Assembly: GCF_006345805.1 (NCBI RefSeq)
Contig: NC_043004.1
Span: 52,948,001-53,012,000, forward strand
Direction of reading: 5' to 3'
Length of the DNA: 64,000 nucleotides
Source of the DNA: Octopus sinensis
Lineage: Eukaryota
Shown here: positions 52,540 through 64,000 of the stretch, in pieces
How the letters are laid out: every line of letters begins with the position of its first letter
Position numbering within the stretch: position 1 is the first letter of the stretch
The notes under the pieces: generated by a model
What the model was told of the DNA's origin: nothing
Databases searched by the model: none
What the model saw: the letters and a program-made list of their open reading frames with translations, nothing else
Program-made: the position numbers and the translations under genes

Positions 52540-54737
52540 TTTGTAGCACCACTTGGAATATATCATGTGTTGTGTCTCTAAGCTGTGTGCCGGCGCTGAA
52601 AAACCTGAAGACAAGAAAAATCTAAAGAACCACCGACCAGTAGCATGTCTTACCACCACCTACAAGGTCCTCATATCGCTACTAACTGAAAGAATATACA
52701 TTTCTCTTGAACAGAACTCAATCTTTCCAGAAGCTCAAAAAGGTTGTAAAAGGAATTCTTAAGGATAGAAAGATCTATTACTCATAATTAAAATGATTGT
52801 AAAGAATTGCTGGAGCAAAAAAAGAACTTCAGTATGGCATAGCTAGCCTATAGGTAAGTGTTTGATAGTGTCCCACATATTTGCCTACAGAAAGCCCTTC
52901 AGATATATGATTTCTTCTGTCGTCTCCAAAATCTTAAAAGGTAGCATGACAAAGTAGAATACACATCTCTTTCTGCACCATAGTAATAGGATGAGCCAAT
53001 CTAAGAGCATCAACATCAAACGAGGCAACTCTCATTGTGACTCACTCTCCCCATTATTCTTTTGCATGACACTGATCCCACTCTCAAACAAACTGAATAA
53101 TACAAGGTACTGGTTCGAAGTTTACAATACGGCAATAAACCATTTGCTTTATATGGACGATCTGAAACTGTTTGCCAGAAATGACTAAGAACTAGTAAGG
53201 CTACTAACAACTGTTAAAGAATTCAGTAATGGCATCGGGATGGACATTGGCATTGATAGGTGTGCTAAAGTAACTTTTGTAAGAGGCAAGCTCCGGCAAA
53301 CAGCTTCCATTAAATTAGCTACCGACAGTACCATCAAGGAGCTTGACCTACAATAAAATTACAAACACCTGGGGATAAACGGAGATGATATACAACTAAG
53401 AAGGAAAAATAAAGGAAGCAATAATACAGGAGAATAAGACACATACTAAAAATTGAACTCAACTATAAAAATTCTATCGTAGCCATTAATACCCTGGCAC
53501 TTCGAGTAATCCAATATAGTTTTAACATCATTAACTGGCATATTACAGAGCTCCAACGCCTCGACAGGAAGACATGAAAATTACTACCGTCTAAGGACAT
53601 GCACCGTCCAAATGCAGATGCTGATTTTCTGTACCTACATAGAAGTAATGGGGTAATAGGAATCATGCAGGTAGAACTGTGCTATAAGACCTCCACAAAA
53701 GTATTGAAGAAGTACTTATTCACTACAGAGGACTGGATGCTGCGACTTGTTTGCAAACAGGAAAGCAGTAAAAAAATCACATTCTATTGTCTAGGAATCT
53801 TGCCAATTTACAAAGGAACTTAGCATTAACCCTGTAATAGTTATAGAACCTGAAACCACTGCCATAAAAAAAAGCAAAATGTATCAAGCAGACTGCAAAA
53901 AAGAACGGGCAGAAACAAACTTAGGAGCGAAGAACAGGAAACCTCAGTATAATTCGAAGATGAAATGCTGATGTAAATCAAGCAACAATGCATCAGTGGC
54001 TGGGTAGTTTAGGACTGAAAGCAACGACTGGAGGTTTCATAGTAGCGGCACAAGATGAAATCTTGCTCACAAAACACTTCCAGGCTAACGTTCTTCAAAA
54101 TTATTATGAGCCTAAATGCAGGTTTTGTGACACCAAATGAATGTAAAAATCGTCACGACAGGGCAAGACTGTACTTACACTGGAATGTATGTGAGCACTA
54201 CAAAATTAGCACTTCTGCTCACTGGTATGAACATCATCCTGAGTCAGACATTGAAGGTAAAAATATCACTATCGATCTAAGCTAATCGACCAGATATGAT
54301 TATTAAAGACAACGGAGAAAATACATGTATACTAATAAATAATAAATGTAAGTGTTCCCACTGATTAAAGTATATCTGCCAAAGAATTTGACAAACTCAG
54401 TAAATATAAGGACCTTGAAATTGAAATACAAAAGGTCTGACCTCTTAAAAAGTGACGCGTTCCTATTATTGTAGGTGTCCTATGTATGATAAAAAGAAGC
54501 ATCTGTATAAGATCCCAGGAGAACCATGTCTCAGAGAAACCCAAAAGATTGTACTAACAAGTAACGTACACAAACTTAGAAAACACTATCCATTTAAATG
54601 TCTGTGTTGTATTACATGCAAATATTTCACTACCTCTTCTTCCCCAGTCATACTGTAACATCTCTTATCCTTTACTCGCCCCAGGGCACTGGGTGTCTCT
54701 CAGCAAGTGGCTGTAACAAACATGCAAATTAAAAGTA

Positions 54738-54738
<1 letters not shown>
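52540..54738 (+). mobile_element. 5'-truncated, decayed R4/Dong-like LINE (RT + restriction-like endonuclease region)
   Basis: KNHRPVACLTTTYK, QKGCK, DSLSPLFFCM, NHLLYMDDLKLFA, LYLHRSNG, LHWNVC..Y...WYEHHP and RPDMII motifs; followed by (AAT)n to ~54797. Confidence 0.8.
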
Positions 54739-54799
<61 letters not shown>

Positions 54800-55033
54800 T
54801 ACTTTCTACTAAAGGCACAAGTCTTGAAAATTTTGTGGGGAGGGGATTACTCGATCACATCGACCCCAGTGCTTCACTGATACTTACATTTCCGATCCCG
54901 AAAGGCTAAAGCCGATCTTGGTGGATTTTGAGCATAACAACAATAGTAATGACATATTATTATAAATAACCTTATAGTATATATATTTATATAGATAGAT
55001 AGATATGTATGTATGTATGGTATATATGTGTGG

Positions 55034-56473
55034 TATATATATATATATATCAACCACACCCTCCGTCTCTTCAATTCCTTTTCCTTCCCTTCCAGCCCCT
55101 CACACCTCCTCTTCACCCTTGACATCAAATCCCTGTATACGGTAATTCCCCACAACGACGGTCTCCTAGCTCTCCAACACTTCCTCGACCGTCGTCCCGA
55201 CCCCACCCCTAGCACCCCACCCTCCTCCGCCTGGCAGAGCTCGTCCTAACCCTCAACTGTTTCACGTTCGCCGGGGAAACGTACCAACAGGTGTCTGGGG
55301 TCGCGATGGGAACGAGAATGGGCCCCAATTTCGCCTATCTCTTTGTTGGCTACATTGAGGCCCAAGTATTCTCCCAATTCTCCGGGCCGACCCCAGAACT
55401 ATACGGTCGTTACATAGACGACTGTATAGGCGCCACCTCCCTTTCCCGCGAACAACTCTGCCACTTCATCTCTTTCCTCTCTAACTTCCACCCCTCTCTA
55501 CAATTCACTTCCACCATCTCCAATACTTCCGTTAACTTCCTTGATATTTCACTCAGCATCGACCACCCCTCCCATTCTCTCACCACCTCCGCCTTCTTCA
55601 AACCCACGGATTCCCACCTCTATCTCAACTTCTCCTCCTCCCATCCCTTCCACACCAAACGGGCCATCCCCTACTCCCAGTTCCGCCGCCTCCGACGCTT
55701 GTGCAGCCGCGACCAGGATTTCGAGACCCAGTCTCAATACCTGGCCCGCCTGTTCAGGCTTCGAGGATACCCACCTACCCTGGTCTTGAACGCCCTCGCC
55801 CACGCTCGTCGCATCGACCGCACCACCGCCCTTTCTCTTTCCAATCACCCACCCCCATCCGCACCCCTTTCCCCTCCTTTTCCACCCCTCTACTCTACCC
55901 CTTCGTCGGAAGATACTTCGTGCCTTCCGTCGTCTCCAGCTCGATTCCACGACCCACCCCATTTTCCCCAACCCACCCCTGTCCTCCTTCAAACGAGCCC
56001 GGAATCTACGCGACCTCCTGGTCCGTAGCACCCTCCCTTCTTCCCCCTCGGCCCCACTCGGATCCTTCCCGTGCTCCAGATCCCGCTGCAACACCTGCCC
56101 CTTCATCACCAACACCACTGCTGTCACTGATTCCAACCGGCGAACTGTATGTATCAGGCATTATTTTACGTGCACCTCGTCTGGACACATATACTGCATT
56201 AAATGCAACCTCTGTGGGATGCTGTATATAGGACAGACGGGAGGCCGGTTGTCAGACCGATTCGCCGAACATCTGAGGGATGTTCGTCTACGGTCCCATT
56301 CTCCCGTCCCACGTCACTTCCGCTCGGCCAGCCATTCCCCCAATGACATCTCGGTGTTTGGTCTTGCCCCACACAACGGCTCTCCACAATCTAGGCTTCA
56401 CTTGGAGCAACGGCTCATATTCCTTCAACAGACTCCAACCCCACACGGACTCAACACTGCCACCTCCTCTTAG
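55034..56473 (+). mobile_element. Penelope-like element coding region (RT + GIY-YIG), 5'-truncated, few frameshifts
   Basis: TLDIKSLYTVIP, GVAMGTRMGP, GRYIDD, FLDI, FKPTDSH..L..SSHP, CxxC-rich linker, IYCIKCNLCGMLYIGQTG..RFAEH; GC-rich and C-skewed relative to flanks. Confidence 0.9.
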
Positions 56474-56579
56474 TGACTGCGCTCCACTTCTCCCCACTAG
56501 CATCTTTTATTCTTTATTTTTTATTTTTTATTTATTATTTATTAATTATTATTTATTATTTATTATTTATTTTTTATAA

Positions 56580-59500
56580 TTGTCCTTATGCAGTCACACA
56601 CAAACACATACTCAAGTACCCACGAATACACCTACTCCCAACACACCACACACACACAACGTACATGCACATGTACGCACACATACTTCCACACCTATAC
56701 ACCCCCCCACGCGCACACACACACACACCAAGGACAATACTCATACAGATACGCACACTCCTATAAACACCTAGCTGATACGCACAGATACACGCACGAA
56801 AGCACACACACGCACACAATCACGCGCATGTATGTTACGCCCACACAACTCCAAACCCCCCCACACGCATACATTCACACACACACATACATACGTACAC
56901 ACACATAATACATACATAGATACATTCATACATACATACATACACACACACGCATACATACATACATACATTCATACATACATACATACACACACACATA
57001 CATACCCACACATACATATACTTACACACATAAACACACACACACACACATACCCACACACACACGCACGCACACATACATATACACACATACATACATA
57101 CATACACACACGTACATACATACATACATACATACACACATACATACACACATACACACACAGACACAAATATACATACACACACATACACACACATACG
57201 CATACACACATACACACATACACACACATACACACATACACACACATACATATACATACATACATACACACACATACACACATACACGAATACATACATA
57301 CATACACACACACATACACACATACATAGATACATACACACATACACACACACATACATATATATAAATACACACACACACATACATATACACACATACG
57401 TACACACACATACACACACATACACGCATGCACACATACATACATATATACACATACATACATACACATACATACGCACATACACACACACACTTACATA
57501 CATACATACACACACACACATACATACACACATACACACATACATACACACACATACACACACATACATACATAAATACACACATACTTACATACACACA
57601 CGCATACATATACATACATACACACACACACACATACACACCTACACACATACATACACACACACAAACATACACACATATATACATAGACACATATATA
57701 CATACACACACATATACATACACATACATTCATACAGACACACACCTGCACACATACACGCATGTACATATACATACATACACATACATACACACACACA
57801 TACATACTATACACACATACACATACACACATACATACACAAACGCGTACATATACATACATACACAAACACATACACACACACACTTACAAACATACAC
57901 CCGTACATACATACATACACACACACATACACACACATACACACACATACATACCTGCTTACACACATACACACATACATACATATACACAAACGCATAC
58001 ATATACATACACACATACACACATACATACATACACACACATACATACACACATACATACATAGACGCATATATACATACACACACACATGCATATACAT
58101 ACATACAGACACACACATGCACACATACACGCATGCACACATACATACATACACATACATACACACACACACATACATACTATACACACATACACATACA
58201 CACATACATACATACACACACGCTTACATATACATACATACATACATATACACATACACACACACACTTACACACATACACCCGTACATACATACATACA
58301 CACACACATACACACACATACATACATACATACTTACACACATACACACATACATATACACACACGCATACATATACATACACACACATACGCACATACA
58401 TACATATATACACACATACATACCCACATACATACATAGATACATACATACACAAACATACATATACATACGTACATACATACACACATACACACACACA
58501 TACACACACACGCACGCACACATACATACATACACACATACATACACACACACGAACATACATACATACACATATACACACTTACACACATACACATACA
58601 TACACACATACATACGCACATACATACACACACATATACACACATACACACACACACACATACACACACATATATATACATACATACACACACACCTACA
58701 CACATACACGAATGTACACATACATACATGCATACACACACATACATACACTACATACATAGATACATACATACATACACACACACATACATATACATAC
58801 ATACGTACACACACGCACATACACATATACACGCATGCATAAATACATACATACACACATACGTACATACATACATACACACACTTACACACATACACAC
58901 ACACATACATACATACGTACGTACATACATACATACACACACATACATACACACACATACATACATACATACATACATACACACATACACACATACACAC
59001 ACACACACACATACACACATACACACACACACACATACACACACACCTACACACATACACGAATGTACACATACATACATGCATACACACACATACATAC
59101 ACTACATACATAGATACATACATACATACACACACACATACATATACATACATACGTACACACACGCACATACACATATCCACGCATGCATAAATACATA
59201 CATACACACATACGTACATACATACATACACACACTTACACACATACACACACACATACATACATACGTACGTACATACATACATACACACACATACATA
59301 CACACACATACATACTTACATACATACACACATACACATACTCATACACTCATACATACACACACGCATACATACACACATACACACATACACACACACA
59401 TACACACATACATACATACACACACGCATACATATACATATATACATACATACACATACACACACATACACACATACGCACATACATACATACACACATA

Positions 59501-60145
59501 TAAACATATAAACACACATATAAGCCTCTACTGTGTACACACACGCACACATATATATACATACATTCACTCGCACGCACGTACACACACACACATACAC
59601 ATGTACATATATATACTATACACGCACACACACATACACACGTACAAACACACACAAACTCACATATACACCGACAGATATACATACACAATATACACCT
59701 ATCCGCGCACGCACACATACACATAAACACAGACAAACGCACACATACACGCACACACTTACACGTACATACATACACACTCACACAAATGAACCCACAC
59801 ATACATCCCTACACACACACACGCACGTACAAGCACACACGCACACATACACTAGGTTAAGCAGTTACTCGCCACACACCTACACTCTACGCATACACAC
59901 ACGAACACACACATGCACACACACACACATGATACATATACTTACACGCACACACATATATACCCCTTTGTTTTCTGACCTGGCTTTGACCTGTCTGGAT
60001 ACAAACAAGCTAGCTGTCATAAAGGAGTGCCTTATGACAGCTAACTTGCCATGCTTTATTCACCATACATACACACACACACACACACGCACGCACAAAC
60101 ACACTTGTCATCCTTGCACCCACACACACGCACCCACACACATTC
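56580..60145. repeat. ~3.5-kb compound (CA)/(TACA)/(CATA) tract with internal higher-order duplications
   Basis: Block containing ACGAATGTAC recurs at ~58708 and ~59059; source of all His/Thr- and Cys/Val-rich pseudo-ORFs. Confidence 0.95.
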
Positions 60146-60417
60146 CTTTTTTGAAACTCTTGTTTTTAAAAATCATGATTCGTCTACCCCTCAACTTCTG
60201 TTCTTTCAACATGTGATCTCTTGAGCACCACCAGCAAAAATATTTTTTTCCCCTGTCTTCCCTTCTTGGGATCTTTCCTTCTCCTTGTTTCCGACGAAGA
60301 GCTCCGCTCGAAACGTTAAACCCTCCTTCCCTTCTTTCCTGAGCGTCAAATAATACTTTAATTGTTCCACGTCCTCGCGTTGCTGTTTTTTTCTGTGTTT
60401 TCTTGTTTGGATTAACT
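60146..60417 (+). mobile_element. Penelope-type 3' terminus ending at (TA)n
   Basis: Homologous to the termini at 18446-18552 and 28712-28860; contains a minimal hammerhead-like motif. Confidence 0.65.
60287..60321 (+). ncRNA. Minimal type I hammerhead-like motif (CCGACGA core, extra A, palindromic ACGT stem III)
   Basis: GTTT CCGACGA A GAGC TCC GCTC GAA ACGT T AAAC; stems I and II pair. Confidence 0.55.
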
Positions 60418-61424
60418 TTATATATATATATATATATACACTCGTGTCTCCAAAGTCTAACCATCTCGGCCATTTTGTAAATAAGAATGTTGTTTCCTTC
60501 ATATAAGCAAGTTTGAAACATAATTGCCCATGAATCTATTGTTACTACTCAGTGGTAAAATTATAATTTACTATCCACCTTCTATCTGTTCAAATAATGA
60601 AACCTTCCAGAAAGTTTTGTGTTAGTCATTTTTTTCCTTTCGTCTATATTTTTTCTGTCGATGTTGGTACTTTGTTAAAAAAATGAAAGAAAATAATTGA
60701 TCATAAAAATTAATCAGTAATAAAAGAAGAAAATATATTTTGTGCTCTCCCTTCGGTGCAAACACTATCTCTTCCACCAGATGGCGCGTTTATTAGCAGT
60801 ATCTACAGATGAAGAGCTTTACGATAATGAATCTATATACTGAATATTAGCTTATCGTATTAGCTTCAATGATTCGGTGGTTTCGGTTGTCTAGTAGAGT
60901 ATCGACGTCACTGTGTTGTTTGTAGTGCGCTACGTGTTTTGGCATCTGATTCATTGTCTGTATGGAGACTGAGATATATGCGTGGTGGGTGTTTGGCAGC
61001 GAGTAACTGTCAATGTTAAAAATAATTATGTTTTAGCATAAATTCATCAACGGGCTTACGGCCATTTTCATATGCGTTTACGCTGCTATTCATGGGCCTT
61101 CACGTGTGCTTATATGGGTAGACTGTAATGTTTGTAGATATATTCTAATTATTTTGTTTCATTGAAACAAAACCTGGTAAAACATTTGAATCTTATTGAC
61201 TGAAATTGTGGCCATGAATGAGTTTTTCTTTGTAAAATTATTTATCCGATTTAGTTAATCCTTTAATAATATATAAACATGCTGTTGTAAGCCGTGTATG
61301 CTTGCAGAGTTAAATAAGCTTCACATTTGTTGTTAAATTCACACCCCGACTTTGAACTCAATTGGGTTGCTACCGGTTTCTTATGCATCCGGATGTATAT
61401 CGTCTATATAAATATATATTGAGA

Positions 61425-61723
61425 CCCTCTTCGGTCATGACCGTGGGATTGCACCTAGAAGGTTACCTTCTCAGGCACAAGTCCGGGTAAGGTTGTTTAT
61501 GGAAAACCAGCAGTCGCCCATGCATACCGGCCTCCCCTCTCAACGCCACCAGTGTTATCCAAGGGAAAGGCAACGGCCGATACATTTCTACAGCTGAGTG
61601 AACTGGTCCAACGGGAAATAAAGTGTCTTGCTCAAGAATACAACACGCAGCTCAGTCCAGGAATCGAACTCACAACCTCACAATCATAAGCTCGATGCTC
61701 TAAACGTTGAGCCATGCGCCTTC
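61425..61723 (-). mobile_element. CORE-like tRNA-derived SINE family 4
   Basis: Minus strand GGCGCATGGCTCAACG (A-box-like), GAGTTCGATTCC (B box), TCTTGAGCAAGACAC core-like block. Confidence 0.8.
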
Positions 61724-61819
<96 letters not shown>

Positions 61820-62410
61820 GAGCGAGAGAGAGAAAGAGGACAGACAGACAGAGGGGAGGAAATATCCATCTGTCTGTAGCATACGTAACAATCAGTTACA
61901 TTTATAATATGTCGTATCTGATTTATTTCAGTTATAGAAATCTCTTATCAAGAAAGCATAAGAAAATCCGTGTCACTCTCTCTCTGACTCTCTTTTTAAA
62001 CTCCCTCCTCCCTCCTATCACCCTCACTCTCTCTCAATCTCTTTCTTTCTAATTTGGCCCACCCTTTCTCTTTTTGCGTAAATTACATTTACTATTAATC
62101 AGTCAGTTTTCGGACGAAATCTTTTGGAGAACTTGTTGCACTATGTGTACACCGTTTATTATTAAATTAACCAATCTGTAAACATCTTAAAATTCGAATA
62201 TTTTCATCAATTAGGTTATTTATTTTAATCAGCATAACTTCATTAGCTCTAAAATGTCTTATATTTGCTTTAATATTAGCGACCTTGATCACCTTATAAC
62301 TTCTCTCCAGATGGTTCTGTTTTTTTCTTACGGAACAAGCATTTCTATAAATATACACTTGAACGCTTACTTATGATTAAGTACACTACAAATTATGAGG
62401 TATAATACGT

Positions 62411-62630
62411 ATTTCTTTGCTACCTACAAGGGGCTAAACACAGAGAGGACAGACAAGGAGATTAAGTCGATTACATCGACCCCAGTGTGTAACTGGTACT
62501 TAATTTATCGACCCCGAAAGGATGTAAGGCAAAGTCGACCTCGGCGGAATTTGAACTGAGAACGTAACGGCAGACGAAATACGGCTACGCATTTCGTCCG
62601 GCGTGCTAACGTTTCTGCCAGCTCGCCGCT
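62411..62630 (-). mobile_element. Full-length SINE family 2 with 11-bp TSD GTATAATACGT
   Basis: TSD at 62400-62410 and 62631-62641; B box GAGTTCAAATTCC-like. Confidence 0.9.
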
Positions 62631-63410
62631 GTATAATACGTGGAACTATACACATAAGGCTACATTGTTGGTGGCGCGCTTGGGTCACATGCGAACATTT
62701 TTACCATTGGTTGTTTCATTGCTAGATATTTATTCCACTTTGATGAAGCTGTAGTAATTGAATAGCGCTGGTGCACAATGAGTAATATTCAGCGCGTTGT
62801 TGATTTCGAGAAAAATATATCGTATTTTACAAACGTTCATTTCCTTACAAAATGTATGTCAGCTAAGCAACTGAGCTTCTTTGCATGCATTAAAAACACT
62901 GTAATATAATCTGAATAGTATTTCAAGAAGGTGTCTCCGTTCTCTTACATCATATAAAAGACAAATTTAGGTGGGGCAAAATCAGCAAGACAAATTATGG
63001 TGAATTAACCTTAGCAGTTCTCAACAATTACATTTCGAAAAAACTCGCACATATTAATATCCATCTTTAGACTAGGAAATCATTATAAATGAAAACAAAC
63101 ATCTTCATATATGTAGGTCATATGAAAGAGGATCATGTAAAAATGGCACACGATATGATATTAATGAAACTCGACAAAAACTAAACGCTCAACATAAAAT
63201 ACTACCTATGAATTCTTCGCGATCAGCTGAAAGGGTAGAATGCTTTTTCCGGATATAATTACGCACCATATCCTTCTACAGAAAAAAATTATACTAGTCG
63301 TTACTCAGTTTGCCCCACTCTAAATACCATTCATTGAAACTTGAAAATTATCAACTTAGAAATTGCTGTGGGAAAAATTGACTTGGAATCCAAACTGCGT
63401 AAAGAATTTC

Positions 63411-63475
<65 letters not shown>

Positions 63476-63476
63476 G

Positions 63477-63570
<94 letters not shown>

Positions 63571-64000
63571 TGTATGTATAAACATCGAAAATTATGAAGG
63601 TATTTTATTAGAGATCTGAAATAAAATCGGGTGGAAAAATATATATCTACAAACATTGCAGTCTACCCTTATAAGCACACGCGAAGGCCCATGAATTGCA
63701 GCGTAAACGCATAGGAAAATGGCCGTAAGCCCATTGAGGAATTTATGCTAAAACATAATTATTTTGACTGTTACTCGCTGCCAAACACCCACCACACATA
63801 TATCTCAGTCTCCATACAGACAATGAATCATACACCAAAACCCATAGCACACTACAAACCACACAGTGACATAGATACTCTACGAGGCAACCTAAACCAC
63901 CGAATACATGCTGATCTATGGTAATTCTCAAAGATGACACAGCAGTACAAAATGATGACGCCATGCTTGCCATGTAATGATTTGAAACAGGTAGGGAGAA

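Larger units (their letters stand above)
60872..63908. repeat. Pair of ~270-bp inverted repeats (60872-61141 and 63644-63908)
   Basis: e.g. GGGCTTACGGCCATTTTC..ATGCGTTTACGCTGC versus GCAGCGTAAACGCAT..GAAAATGGCCGTAAGCCC; imperfect identity. Confidence 0.8.

Noticed and set aside
56832-60216. Long His/Thr/Tyr- or Cys/Val/Met-rich ORFs (up to 444 aa)
   Set aside because: Translations of CA/TACA repeats, which lack stop codons in several frames; no domain features.

Overview
AT-rich, repeat-dense animal genomic DNA. The tRNA-derived SINE families, (AT)n/(CA)n load and TE spectrum suggest an octopus or other coleoid cephalopod (inference). No host protein-coding exon could be recognised; nearly all short ORFs in the track are microsatellite translations. 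The window holds decayed mariner and maT-type transposons, mariner MITEs, CR1/L2-, HERO- and R4/Dong-like LINE fragments, a fairly intact Penelope-like element (RT + GIY-YIG), several SINE families, palindromes and a 100-N gap. The most notable structure is at 40.6-46.4 kb. A tRNA-derived SINE is split inside its tRNA-like head by three head-to-tail elements of 2174, 1973 and 1506 bp. Each encodes only an L1/Tx1-type ORF1 (RRM-like region + CCHC knuckle, no RT or endonuclease). They are delimited by four identical copies of the 15-bp SINE sequence GTTAGCAAGCTACTT, and all end in a TGCC-N5-GGCA hairpin plus AATAAA with no poly(A). This looks like a family of non-autonomous, ORF1-only, sequence-specific retrotransposons that repeatedly target a SINE head. 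A second theme is non-canonical hammerhead-ribozyme-like folds in Penelope-type termini embedded in (TA)n tracts (47484-47542, 60287-60321, 28797-28829). Many homopolymer indels suggest a long-read assembly, so some frameshifts and palindromes may be artefacts. Boundaries of decayed elements are approximate and identities are estimated by eye.
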